From: Candidatus Limnocylindria bacterium
Lineage (GTDB): Bacteria; Chloroflexota; Limnocylindria; P2-11E
Length of the DNA stretch: 61,947 bases
Direction: 5' to 3'
Assembly (NCBI GenBank): GCA_041493915.1
Contig: JBGPZT010000001.1
Coordinates: 1 to 61,947, forward strand
Shown here: positions 54,738-61,947 of the stretch, one piece after another
How the letters are laid out: every line of letters starts with the position of its first letter
Numbering within the stretch: position 1 is the first letter of the stretch
Translations under genes and position numbers: made by a program
The notes under the pieces: model-generated
Databases searched by the model: none
Told to the model about the DNA's origin: nothing
The model's input: only the letters and a program-made list of their open reading frames with translations

Positions 54738-54841
54738 GCAAGGGCCAGAAGAAGCAGAAGACGACGGGCAAGCTGGGGTGGCGTAGCAAGAAGGCGAACC
54801 ACGGGCGCAAACCCGGGATGGGTCGCGGCAAGCGTAACTAG
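54734..54841 (+). CDS. 35-aa highly basic micro-protein, possible ribosomal protein bL37 homologue
   Basis: ATGA overlap with the upstream stop. MSKGQKKQKTTGKLGWRSKKANHGRKPGMGRGKRN. The KANHG(R/K)(K/R)P motif matches my recollection of mycobacterial bL37 (..HSKANHGKRPNA). Confidence 0.5.
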   Translation: MSKGQKKQKTTGKLGWRSKKANHGRKPGMGRGKRN

Positions 54842-54863
54842 CCGTTTTCTTCCATCAACTGAA

Positions 54864-54888
54864 ACACGCCGCCTTTTGGGCGGCGTGT
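54864..54888. terminator. bidirectional terminator hairpin between convergent genes
   Basis: ACACGCCGCC-ttttg-GGCGGCGTGT, a 10-bp perfect stem. Confidence 0.6.
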
Positions 54889-54909
54889 CTCGTTACTGGG
54901 GGAAGGCGC

Positions 54910-55302
54910 CTAACGGCGGCGCTTGCGTGCGGTGCTCTTGCGAGCCGTGGATTTGCGGCCCGTGCTCTTCCGCGTGCCCTTGCGCGCGGTGGACTTGCGT
55001 TTGGTGCCCTTGCGCGCCGTGGTCTTCTTCTTCGCGGTCGTCTTCTTACGAGCGGTGCTCTTGCGAGCCGTGGTCTTCTTCTTCGCGGTCGTCTTCTTGC
55101 GAGCGGTGCTCTTGCGGCCGCCACTCGACTTGGGGGCGCCCCCCATCGACGACCCGCCGCCCATCGATGATCCGCCGCTCGGCTTGCCGCCGCCCATCGA
55201 TGACGGTGGCGTCGGCGGGGTACCCGCTGGCTGCGGCGCGGGCCAGATGGATCCAGGCTGCTTCTGCGATGACCACTCGTTTCCGGTGTTCTCGTCCTGC
55301 AT
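54910..55302 (-). CDS. histone H1-like Lys/Arg/Thr/Ala-rich low-complexity protein
   Basis: GGGGAGG lies upstream of the ATG. The N-terminus MQDENTGNEWSSQKQ is followed by a Gly/Ser/Met stretch, then (RKSTARKKTTAKKKTTA)x2 and related repeats. Confidence 0.65.
   Translation of the reverse strand: MQDENTGNEWSSQKQPGSIWPAPQPAGTPPTPPSSMGGGKPSGGSSMGGGSSMGGAPKSSGGRKSTARKKTTAKKKTTARKSTARKKTTAKKKTTARKGTKRKSTARKGTRKSTGRKSTARKSTARKRRR
55021..55122. repeat. 51-nt tandem duplication (2 copies) inside the H1-like gene
   Basis: 55021-55071 and 55072-55122 differ at about 4 positions. Each unit encodes 17 aa. Degenerate further copies lie at 54930-55020. Confidence 0.85.
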
Positions 55303-55394
55303 GAGGCCTCCCCAAATTTCTTTCGCGCTGGGAGAAGTGTTATGTGTGACGTGTCATATCGCGTTCGGCATCTCGCTGCAAGCGAGCAGTCGTC

Positions 55395-56705
55395 CTAGAC
55401 CGATGTCGACACGCTCAAGTCGTCCGGCAGAAGACGCACGAATACCTCATTCGCGAGCAGGCGGCCTCGCGCGGTGAGGCGCACGCGTTCACCCGACCAA
55501 CGCAGAAGGCGCGTGCCGTCGAGCGAAAGAAGCGCGCTCCGCACGCGCGATCGGGGGCCCGGACCGAAGCGTTCCCCGTAACGGGCCAGATCCAGTCCCT
55601 CATCGAGGCGCAGCGCCAGCATCGCCCCGTCGACGGCGGCATCGGCGGCGCCGTCGACGATCCGCTGATCGTCACGATCGATCGCAGCGATGTATGCGGG
55701 CAGGACGCCGGGGTTGCGCGAACGAACGCCCGCGAGATGCGAGTGCGCGCCCGCACCCACGCCGAGCCAGTCGCCGTTACGCCAGTAGCCGAGGTTGTGC
55801 CGGCAGCGCTTCCCCGGGCGCGCCCAGTTCGCGATCTCGTAGTGCCGGTAGCCGTGACGCGCCAGGAAGGCTTCGGCGAGCTCGTACAGCGCCGCAACGG
55901 CGGCGTCGTCGGGCTGTGACGCGGCGGAGCGTCGTCGCCAGCGCTCGACGGACCGCCAGCCGGCCCCGGGCCAATTGGCGACGGCCTCCTCCGGCTCGAG
56001 CGCGAGCTCGAGCGGGTAGCAGGAGAGGTGGTCGGGACCCAGGGCCACCGCAGCCGCGAGGTCCTCGCGCCAGCCGGCGGCCGTCTGGCCGGGCCAGCCA
56101 AAGATGAGGTCAAGGCTGGTGTCGAGACCGACCGAGCGCGCCGCGGCGACCGCCGGGGCGACGTCCTCCGGCTGGTGGGTGCGGCCGAGCGCGCGCAGGC
56201 CCTCCGCCGAGAGCGACTGCGCACCGAGCGAGAGGCGCGTGATCCCCAGCGCGGCCCAGGCCTCCAGGCGCGCGCGATCGAGCGTGGCGGGGTTCGCCTC
56301 CACGGTCGCCTCGACGGGTCGGAGGTCGAACGACTCCCGCAGAGCGGCTCCGAGGCGCGCCACCTCGACGGGTTCGAGCAAGCTGGGTGTGCCGCCCCCG
56401 AAGTACACCGTCGCGACTCGCGGCCGGCCGAAGCGCTCGCCCTCGCGGCGGATCTCAGCGTCGAGCGCGTCCAGATACCGAGACCGAAGCGCGCTGCGAG
56501 CTGGCGCGGTCGCGAAATCGCAGTACGGACACCGCGCAGCGCAGAAGGGGATGTGCACGTAGAGGCCAAGGGGCGGCGGAAGCGGCTGTCGCGCCGAAAC
56601 CCTCTCTACGCGCGAAACCCCGTCCCTGCGGGACGGGGACCCCTCGCGCGCGGGGGCCCTCGGCGCGACAGCCGCACTCGGCGCGCTCGTCGCCACATCC
56701 TTCAT
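55395..56705 (-). CDS. hemW: radical SAM heme chaperone HemW / HemN-like
   Basis: LYVHIPFCAARCPYCDF (CxxxCxxC) and an HemN_C-like C-terminus. ATG is at residue 27 of the track ORF (ATGA overlap with the upstream gene). Confidence 0.85.
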   Translation of the reverse strand: MKDVATSAPSAAVAPRAPAREGSPSRRDGVSRVERVSARQPLPPPLGLYVHIPFCAARCPYCDFATAPARSALRSRYLDALDAEIRREGERFGRPRVATVYFGGGTPSLLEPVEVARLGAALRESFDLRPVEATVEANPATLDRARLEAWAALGITRLSLGAQSLSAEGLRALGRTHQPEDVAPAVAAARSVGLDTSLDLIFGWPGQTAAGWREDLAAAVALGPDHLSCYPLELALEPEEAVANWPGAGWRSVERWRRRSAASQPDDAAVAALYELAEAFLARHGYRHYEIANWARPGKRCRHNLGYWRNGDWLGVGAGAHSHLAGVRSRNPGVLPAYIAAIDRDDQRIVDGAADAAVDGAMLALRLDEGLDLARYGERFGPGPRSRVRSALLSLDGTRLLRWSGERVRLTARGRLLANEVFVRLLPDDLSVSTSV

Positions 56706-57202
56706 CTGCCCATGGCTCCGAGCAAATCTGGCAGCTCGGCGTCCGCACTGAGCTCGGCGGTCTTCGCGATGTCGACTAGCCACTCTCTCGACTCATGGAC
56801 GAAAGCGACCAGGTGAGAGGGCCGCCACTCGTCCTCAGTGACGACCCTCTCGTCGCCAAAGTCGGGCAGCAGCAGCACGTACGCCGTGTTCCGATCGACA
56901 AGTCGCGCTCCCGACACGCCGTAGCCGCCGATCTTCTCCGGCCCCCCAAGCGACAACAGCACCGAGCCTTGCAGCGGCGCGACGATCTCGCCTAGGCGCG
57001 TATCGGCGGACGACCCATCCACGCCGGCGGCGCTCCTGAGTGCCACGCCGGCACGCGCTGCGTACAAACCCTCCAGCAGACCGCGCGTCTCGCGCGAGAG
57101 GTGCTCCCAGACCGCGGGGGCATCGCCGGCGACGATCGCCTGCAAGAAGACGGACGCGCTCGTCTGCGTCGGATGATCGAACTGCAGCTTGGGCGGCTTC
57201 AT
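56702..57202 (-). CDS. hypothetical 166-aa protein between lepA and hemW
   Basis: ATGA overlaps at both ends. Ordinary amino-acid composition. No family recognised. Confidence 0.5.
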   Translation of the reverse strand: MKPPKLQFDHPTQTSASVFLQAIVAGDAPAVWEHLSRETRGLLEGLYAARAGVALRSAAGVDGSSADTRLGEIVAPLQGSVLLSLGGPEKIGGYGVSGARLVDRNTAYVLLLPDFGDERVVTEDEWRPSHLVAFVHESREWLVDIAKTAELSADAELPDLLGAMGR

Positions 57203-59010
57203 GCGTCGTCCTTGATCCGCAGCACGGCGAGGAAGGCTTCTTGGGGGATCTCGACCGATCCCACCATCTTCATGCGCTTCTTGCCCTCCTTCTGCTTGTC
57301 GAGCAGCTTGCGCTTACGCGTGATGTCGCCGCCGTAGCACTTCGCGATCACGTCCTTGCGCTTCGCCCTCACGTTCTCGCTCGCGATGATCTTTCCGCCG
57401 ATCGCCGCCTGGATGCGCACGTCGAACATCTGCTTGGGTATGAGACCGCGCAGCTTCGAGACAAGGAGGCGACCGACGTGCTGGGCCTTCTCGCGGTGGA
57501 CGATGATCGACAGCGCGTCGACGAGCGTGCCGGCCACGAGGATGTCGAGGCGGACGAGATCGGCGGCGCGGTACTCGCCGAACTCGTAGTCAAGCGAGGC
57601 GTATCCCTGTGAGCGGCTCTTCAGCTGGTCATAGAAGTCGATGATGACCTCGGACAGCGGCATGTCGTACGTCAACATCGCGCGCGTCGGGTCAACGTAG
57701 CTCATGTCGAGCAGCGTGCCGCGCTTGTTCTGCGCGAGATCCATGATCGGCCCGACGTAGCTGGTCGGCGTGATCAGCGTGCTCTTCATCCACGGCTCCC
57801 GGATCTCCACGATCGTGCCCGGGTCGGGAAGCATCGCGGGGTTGTCGATCGCGATCTCATCCCCCTTTTGCGTGATCACGCGGTACTCGACCGACGGCGA
57901 GGTCGCGATGAGGTCCATGTCGTACTCGCGCTCGAGACGCTCCTGGATGATCTCGAGGTGGAAGAGTCCGAGAAAACCGCAGCGGAAACCGAAGCCAAGG
58001 GCCTGCGACGTCTCGGGCTCGTAGATGAGCGACGCGTCGTTGAGCCGCAACTTCTCGAGCGCGTCGCGCAGTGCCGGGTAGTCCTCGGCACGCTGCGGGT
58101 AGAAGCCGGCGAACACCATCGGCTTCGCCGGTCGATAACCGGGGAGCGGGGTCGCCGCCGGACGTGACTCGAGCGTCAGCGTGTCGCCGACACGGCAGTC
58201 GGCGACGGCCTTCAGACCGGTCGCGGCGTAGCCGACCTCGCCGGCGGCCAGACGCGCGACCGGACGCGGCTCCGGCGTGAAGACGCCGAGCTCGAGCATC
58301 TCGCTCGCCTTTTGCGTCGCCATCGGCAGGATGCGGTCGTCGGCGGTCAGGAGTCCGTCCACCACGCGCACGTGGGCGACCACTCCTTTGTACGTGTCGT
58401 AATGGGAGTCGAAGATGAGCGCGCGCAGTGGCGCGGTCGGATCGCCACTCGGCGCCGGCACGCGCTCGACGATGGCGTGCAGTAGGTGCGCCACGCCCTG
58501 TCCGGTCTTGCCCGATGCGAGGAGGATCTCCTCGTCCTTGAATCCGAGGGTCGTGCGCAGGTCCTCGCGGACCACGTCGAGGTCGATGCTCGGCAGGTCG
58601 ATCTTGTTGATGACCGGGATCACCGTGAGGCCCTGCTCCACGGCGAGATAGGCGTTCGCGAGCGTCTGCGCCTCGATGCCCTGCGACGCGTCGACGAGCA
58701 GAAGCGCGCCTTCGCAAGCCGCGAGCGACCGGCTCACCTCGTAGTTGAAGTCGACGTGCCCGGGGGTGTCGATGAGATTGAGCTCGTAGATCTCGCCGTC
58801 GCGGGCGGTCCAGGCCATGCGCACGGCGCGAGCTTTGATCGTCACGCCGTGCTCGCGCTCGAGCTCCATCGAGTCGAGCAGCTGGTCGCGCATCTGCCGT
58901 AGCGCGACCGTTCCGGTGAGCTCGATGAGGCGATCGGACAGCGTCGTCTTGCCGTGATCGACGTGCGCGATCACGCAGAAGTTACGGATCCGGGATTGCG
59001 GGTCTGACAC
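57199..59010 (-). CDS. lepA: translation elongation factor 4
   Basis: [17 protein letters not shown]...DTPGHVDF...NKIDL and the LepA-specific C-terminus. Confidence 0.97.
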   Translation of the reverse strand: MSDPQSRIRNFCVIAHVDHGKTTLSDRLIELTGTVALRQMRDQLLDSMELEREHGVTIKARAVRMAWTARDGEIYELNLIDTPGHVDFNYEVSRSLAACEGALLLVDASQGIEAQTLANAYLAVEQGLTVIPVINKIDLPSIDLDVVREDLRTTLGFKDEEILLASGKTGQGVAHLLHAIVERVPAPSGDPTAPLRALIFDSHYDTYKGVVAHVRVVDGLLTADDRILPMATQKASEMLELGVFTPEPRPVARLAAGEVGYAATGLKAVADCRVGDTLTLESRPAATPLPGYRPAKPMVFAGFYPQRAEDYPALRDALEKLRLNDASLIYEPETSQALGFGFRCGFLGLFHLEIIQERLEREYDMDLIATSPSVEYRVITQKGDEIAIDNPAMLPDPGTIVEIREPWMKSTLITPTSYVGPIMDLAQNKRGTLLDMSYVDPTRAMLTYDMPLSEVIIDFYDQLKSRSQGYASLDYEFGEYRAADLVRLDILVAGTLVDALSIIVHREKAQHVGRLLVSKLRGLIPKQMFDVRIQAAIGGKIIASENVRAKRKDVIAKCYGGDITRKRKLLDKQKEGKKRMKMVGSVEIPQEAFLAVLRIKDDA

Positions 59011-59029
59011 CCGGTCGAGGATAGGGTGC

Positions 59030-59398
59030 TTAGAAGGGCTCGATCACCAGGCGCCCGTGCGCGACGGCGAACGCGAGCGCCCCCAGGATGATGTTGACTC
59101 CGATGTTCGGCCACTCGCGCCGAGTCAGATGGAACAAGATCGCGAGGACCATGACGATGATGAGGCCCACCGCGGCAGCGACCGTCAGCCACGGCTCCAC
59201 CCGCGTCGCCGCCGGCAGGAGGAGGCCGATCGCGCCGAGGATCTCCGCCACACCGATGAACCGCAGCACCGGGATGGACACCGCACGTGTCCACGGCATG
59301 CGCGTCCGCGCCTGCTCGACACGGAAGAGCATCGAGTACCCGTGCTGCACGAACGCCAGCGCCGTCAGCACCTGCGCGATCCACAGCGCGATGTTCAC
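59030..59398 (-). CDS. DoxX-family membrane protein
   Basis: Four TM helices in a DoxX-like pattern ([13 protein letters not shown]...[16 protein letters not shown]...). Confidence 0.75.
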   Translation of the reverse strand: MNIALWIAQVLTALAFVQHGYSMLFRVEQARTRMPWTRAVSIPVLRFIGVAEILGAIGLLLPAATRVEPWLTVAAAVGLIIVMVLAILFHLTRREWPNIGVNIILGALAFAVAHGRLVIEPF

Positions 59399-59419
59399 TT
59401 CATGCCTCCTTCGCGGCGC

Positions 59420-60436
59420 TCAGCCGCCGGTCGCGCCCTGCACGTCACGTCGTTCGAAGAGCCAGAAGGCGATGCTGCCGAGCACGAGCGTGTAGGCGGC
59501 GAGCACGAAGATCGCGTGTGTCTGGTCCGGCAACACCGTGCCGGGGAAGCCGCCGGCGCCTCCGGTCCAGCCAGAGATGTTCCGGACGATCAGGTAGTCG
59601 GCGACGTTCTGGAACCAGCTGAAGAAGTTCGACAGCAATGCGACGATCAGCTGCTCGAAGAAGTAGTAGCCCAGCCCGATCGCCATGCCGGCGGCGGATG
59701 AGCGCGCGACGACCGTGACGAAGGCCGTCAGCGCGATGTACGGAAGGATCGAGACCCATCCCTTCCAGAGCGCGATGCCCGCGTCCGACCACGTCGCGGC
59801 GGCGCCCGCGGCCGCGGGCGCCCCACCGGCGAGGCCGCTCGCGATGGCGCTGCTGAGCGCGACGCTCGCGACAGCGACGAGCAGCCCGAGCGCGGTGAGG
59901 ACGGCGAGCGTCACGAATTTCGCTGTCAGGTAGGGCCAGCGCCCGGTGCCCTGCGTCAGGACCGAACGAAGCGTGCCGGCGCCGTAGTCGATGCCGATCG
60001 CCGAGGCGGTGAGGATCGCCATAAGGATGAGGCCGAGAGTTTGGACCGTGTTGAGCGCATTGGGGATGCTGCCAGGCAGCGTGAAGGTCCCGTAGGTGCG
60101 CGCCAGACGGGCTGGCAGCGTCGCCGCCTGTTGGCGGCACTGCGCGGTCAGCCCGGCTGTCACCTGTGCGTCGAGGTCCGCCGGCTGCCGCGACGGCTCG
60201 CCAGAAAGCAGATCGTTGCAGCGGACCGTCCGCGGGATCCGCCCTTGCTGCTGCTGCAGCGTCGCGGGCACGGTGAGCTCGCCGCCGGTCTCCTGAAGGT
60301 TCCGGTACGAGAAGAACGCGCCCCATACCGCCAGCTGCGCGAACAGGAGCGCGAAGACGAGGAGGATCCATAGCATCCAGCGGCGCCGGAGCTTGAACCA
60401 TTCCCAGACCGCGAGATTCGCGATGTTCGCGATCAC
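59420..60436 (-). CDS. ABC-2 type transporter permease
   Basis: GTG is at residue 65 of the track ORF, overlapping the ATPase stop (GTGA), with GGAAGGGAG upstream. There is a large extracytoplasmic loop after TM1, followed by 5 TM helices. Confidence 0.7.
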   Translation of the reverse strand: MIANIANLAVWEWFKLRRRWMLWILLVFALLFAQLAVWGAFFSYRNLQETGGELTVPATLQQQQGRIPRTVRCNDLLSGEPSRQPADLDAQVTAGLTAQCRQQAATLPARLARTYGTFTLPGSIPNALNTVQTLGLILMAILTASAIGIDYGAGTLRSVLTQGTGRWPYLTAKFVTLAVLTALGLLVAVASVALSSAIASGLAGGAPAAAGAAATWSDAGIALWKGWVSILPYIALTAFVTVVARSSAAGMAIGLGYYFFEQLIVALLSNFFSWFQNVADYLIVRNISGWTGGAGGFPGTVLPDQTHAIFVLAAYTLVLGSIAFWLFERRDVQGATGG

Positions 60437-61368
60437 GACCGCTCCCTTCCCGTCGCTGGGTCGGTCCCGGTGATCTCCATGAAGAACTCCTCCAGCGTGC
60501 GGTGCAGCGGGACGAGCTCGCTCACGTAGATCTGCCGGTCGGCGAGCGCTCGCGCCACCTCCCACGCCCGAGCCTGTGGGGCGGTGACGATGAGGCTGCC
60601 ATCCTTCCGCGCGACGCCTTCGACCCACGGCAGCGCGGCGAGGACGTTCTGGGCCCCGGCATCGTCGGTCGTGCGCAAACGGAGCGAGTCGTGCTCTCGG
60701 AGCAGCTCCTTGATCGTGCCCTGCGCGATGAGCCGACCGCGAGAGAGGACAGCGACGTTGTCGCAGACGAGCTCGGTCTCCGCGAGCATGTGGCTCGACA
60801 GCACGACCGTGCGCCCGCCCGTGCCGAGCTCGCGGATGAGCTCGCGGACCTCCACCACGCCCGCCGGATCCAGGCCGTTCGTCGGCTCGTCGAGGAAGAC
60901 GAGCTCGGGGTCACCGAGCAGCGCGCATGCGACGCCCAGCCTCTGCTTCATCCCAAGCGAGTACGTCGCGAACTTGCTGTCCGCTCGCTTGACGAGGTCG
61001 ACGAGGGTGAGCAGCCGCTCGATGTCAGCGGGCGAGCCGCGCCGACCGACCGCCTGGAAGTAGCGGAGGTTCGCGCGCCCGGAGAGGTACGGATAGAACG
61101 TCGGCGTCTCGACCATCGCGCCCACACGACGCAGCGTGGCGGGGTGGCGCGCCGGGTCGCCGAAGATGCGCGCCTCGCCGGACGTCGGGTGCACGAGCCC
61201 GAGCAACATGCCCATCGTCGTCGTCTTACCTGAGCCGTTCGGACCGAGGAAGCCGAAGACGCCGCCGCGAGGCACCCGCAGCGACAGGGCATCGACCGCG
61301 ATGACTTCGCCGTATCGCTTGGTCAAGAGGTCCGTCTCGATCACGAAGTCAGGCTGATCGGGTCTCAA
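60433..61368 (-). CDS. ABC transporter ATP-binding protein
   Basis: [10 protein letters not shown]...[12 protein letters not shown]...[13 protein letters not shown]. Start is TTG 61368 (TTGA overlap) or GTG 61344. Confidence 0.9.
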   Translation of the reverse strand: MRPDQPDFVIETDLLTKRYGEVIAVDALSLRVPRGGVFGFLGPNGSGKTTTMGMLLGLVHPTSGEARIFGDPARHPATLRRVGAMVETPTFYPYLSGRANLRYFQAVGRRGSPADIERLLTLVDLVKRADSKFATYSLGMKQRLGVACALLGDPELVFLDEPTNGLDPAGVVEVRELIRELGTGGRTVVLSSHMLAETELVCDNVAVLSRGRLIAQGTIKELLREHDSLRLRTTDDAGAQNVLAALPWVEGVARKDGSLIVTAPQARAWEVARALADRQIYVSELVPLHRTLEEFFMEITGTDPATGRERS

Positions 61369-61946
61369 ACCGCGACGGCCTCTGTTCCGACGTTCTCAGC
61401 GAACTGGCTGTTGTAGAGGTCGTGATAGAAGCCGCGCCGCGCGAGCAGCTCCGCGTGGCTCCCCTGCTCGACGATGCGCCCCTGGTCCATGACGACGATC
61501 GTGTCGGCGCTGCGGATCGTCGACAGGCGATGCGCGATCACGAAGCTCGTGCGACCGTGCCGCAGCCGCGCCATCGCCTGCTGGATCAGGACCTCGGTAC
61601 GCGTGTCGACGTTGCTCGTCGCTTCGTCGAGGATGAGCACGCTGCGATCCGCCAGGAAGGCCCGCGCGATCGTGAGGAGCTGCTTCTGCCCGCTCGAGAT
61701 GTTCGACGCGTCCTCGGCGAGCACCGTGTCGTAGCCGTCGGGCAGCGTCCGGATGAACTGATCGGCGTGCGCGGCCGTCGCGGCCGCGACGATCTCCTCG
61801 GGCGTGGCGTCTTCCCGGGCGGAGGCGATGTTGTCCCGGATCGTGCCGACGAAGAGCCACGTGTCCTGAAGGACCATCCCGAAGGCCCGCCGCACGACGT
61901 CACGCGGCAGCTCCCGTGTGTCGACTCCGTCGAGGCGGATCGATCC
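61365..61946 (-). CDS. ABC exporter (MsbA/type-1 exporter) nucleotide-binding domain; 5' part lies outside the window
   Basis: Frame is open to the window edge. [14 protein letters not shown]...VLQDTWLF...[14 protein letters not shown]...[12 protein letters not shown]...IAHRLSTI. Confidence 0.85.
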   Translation of the reverse strand, partial: GSIRLDGVDTRELPRDVVRRAFGMVLQDTWLFVGTIRDNIASAREDATPEEIVAAATAAHADQFIRTLPDGYDTVLAEDASNISSGQKQLLTIARAFLADRSVLILDEATSNVDTRTEVLIQQAMARLRHGRTSFVIAHRLSTIRSADTIVVMDQGRIVEQGSHAELLARRGFYHDLYNSQFAENVGTEAVAV

Positions 61947-61947
61947 G

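Noticed and set aside
54930-55130. A repetitive DNA stretch that might be a CRISPR or mini-satellite.
   Set aside because: The repeats are directly adjacent 51-nt coding units of a low-complexity Lys/Arg-rich protein. There are no spacers and no cas genes.

Overview
Very GC-rich chromosomal window (third codon positions are almost all G/C). It looks like a high-GC Gram-positive-type lineage, Actinomycetota- or Chloroflexota-like, but the taxon cannot be fixed from this sequence. I found no rRNA, tRNA, CRISPR array, transposase or integrase. Many long Arg/Ala/Pro-rich ORFs in the track are antisense or off-frame artefacts of the GC content, and I ignored them.

Real content, left to right:
- glpK (5' partial) and a glycerophosphodiesterase.
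- An aminotransferase / arginase-family / cyclase cluster.
- arsR-SRPBCC and a VOC gene.
- amt followed by a micro-ORF.
- A TPP riboswitch with attenuator driving thiN-ykoEDC.
- An alpha/beta-hydrolase-adenylate cyclase coupled to a cNMP-binding DASS transporter.
- A long minus-strand array: GAF histidine kinase, response regulator, membrane protein, saccharopine-dehydrogenase-like protein, Pho-type kinase, response regulator, PHO box, pstSCAB-phoU-arsC.
- An ABC-2 exporter.
- The conserved housekeeping string on the minus strand: lepA-(orf)-hemW ... hrcA-grpE-dnaK ... dnaJ-prmA-rsmE ... HIT-rpsU-yqeY-phoH-pgpH-ybeY.
- An ABC cluster at the right edge.

Most notable observations:
1. phoH is split by a 359-aa LAGLIDADG intein carrying the class-3 (Ala1 plus Trp/Cys/Thr) signature.
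2. The dnaK and dnaJ genes are separated by about 7.5 kb. This block carries an orphan two-domain kaiC, a PAS histidine kinase, an unknown coupled 139-aa protein, and a secreted-protein/cupredoxin pair.
3. A LipJ-like cyclase is translationally coupled to a cNMP-gated transporter.
4. A nucleoside-deoxyribosyltransferase-like domain is fused to a sigma-70 region-4 HTH and coupled to a bL37-like micro-protein.
5. At three genes, coding signal or homology extends upstream of the first canonical start and points to AUC/CUG initiation.
6. There are clear cis elements: a TPP riboswitch, a perfect CIRCE, and 11-nt-phased GTTCAC PHO boxes.
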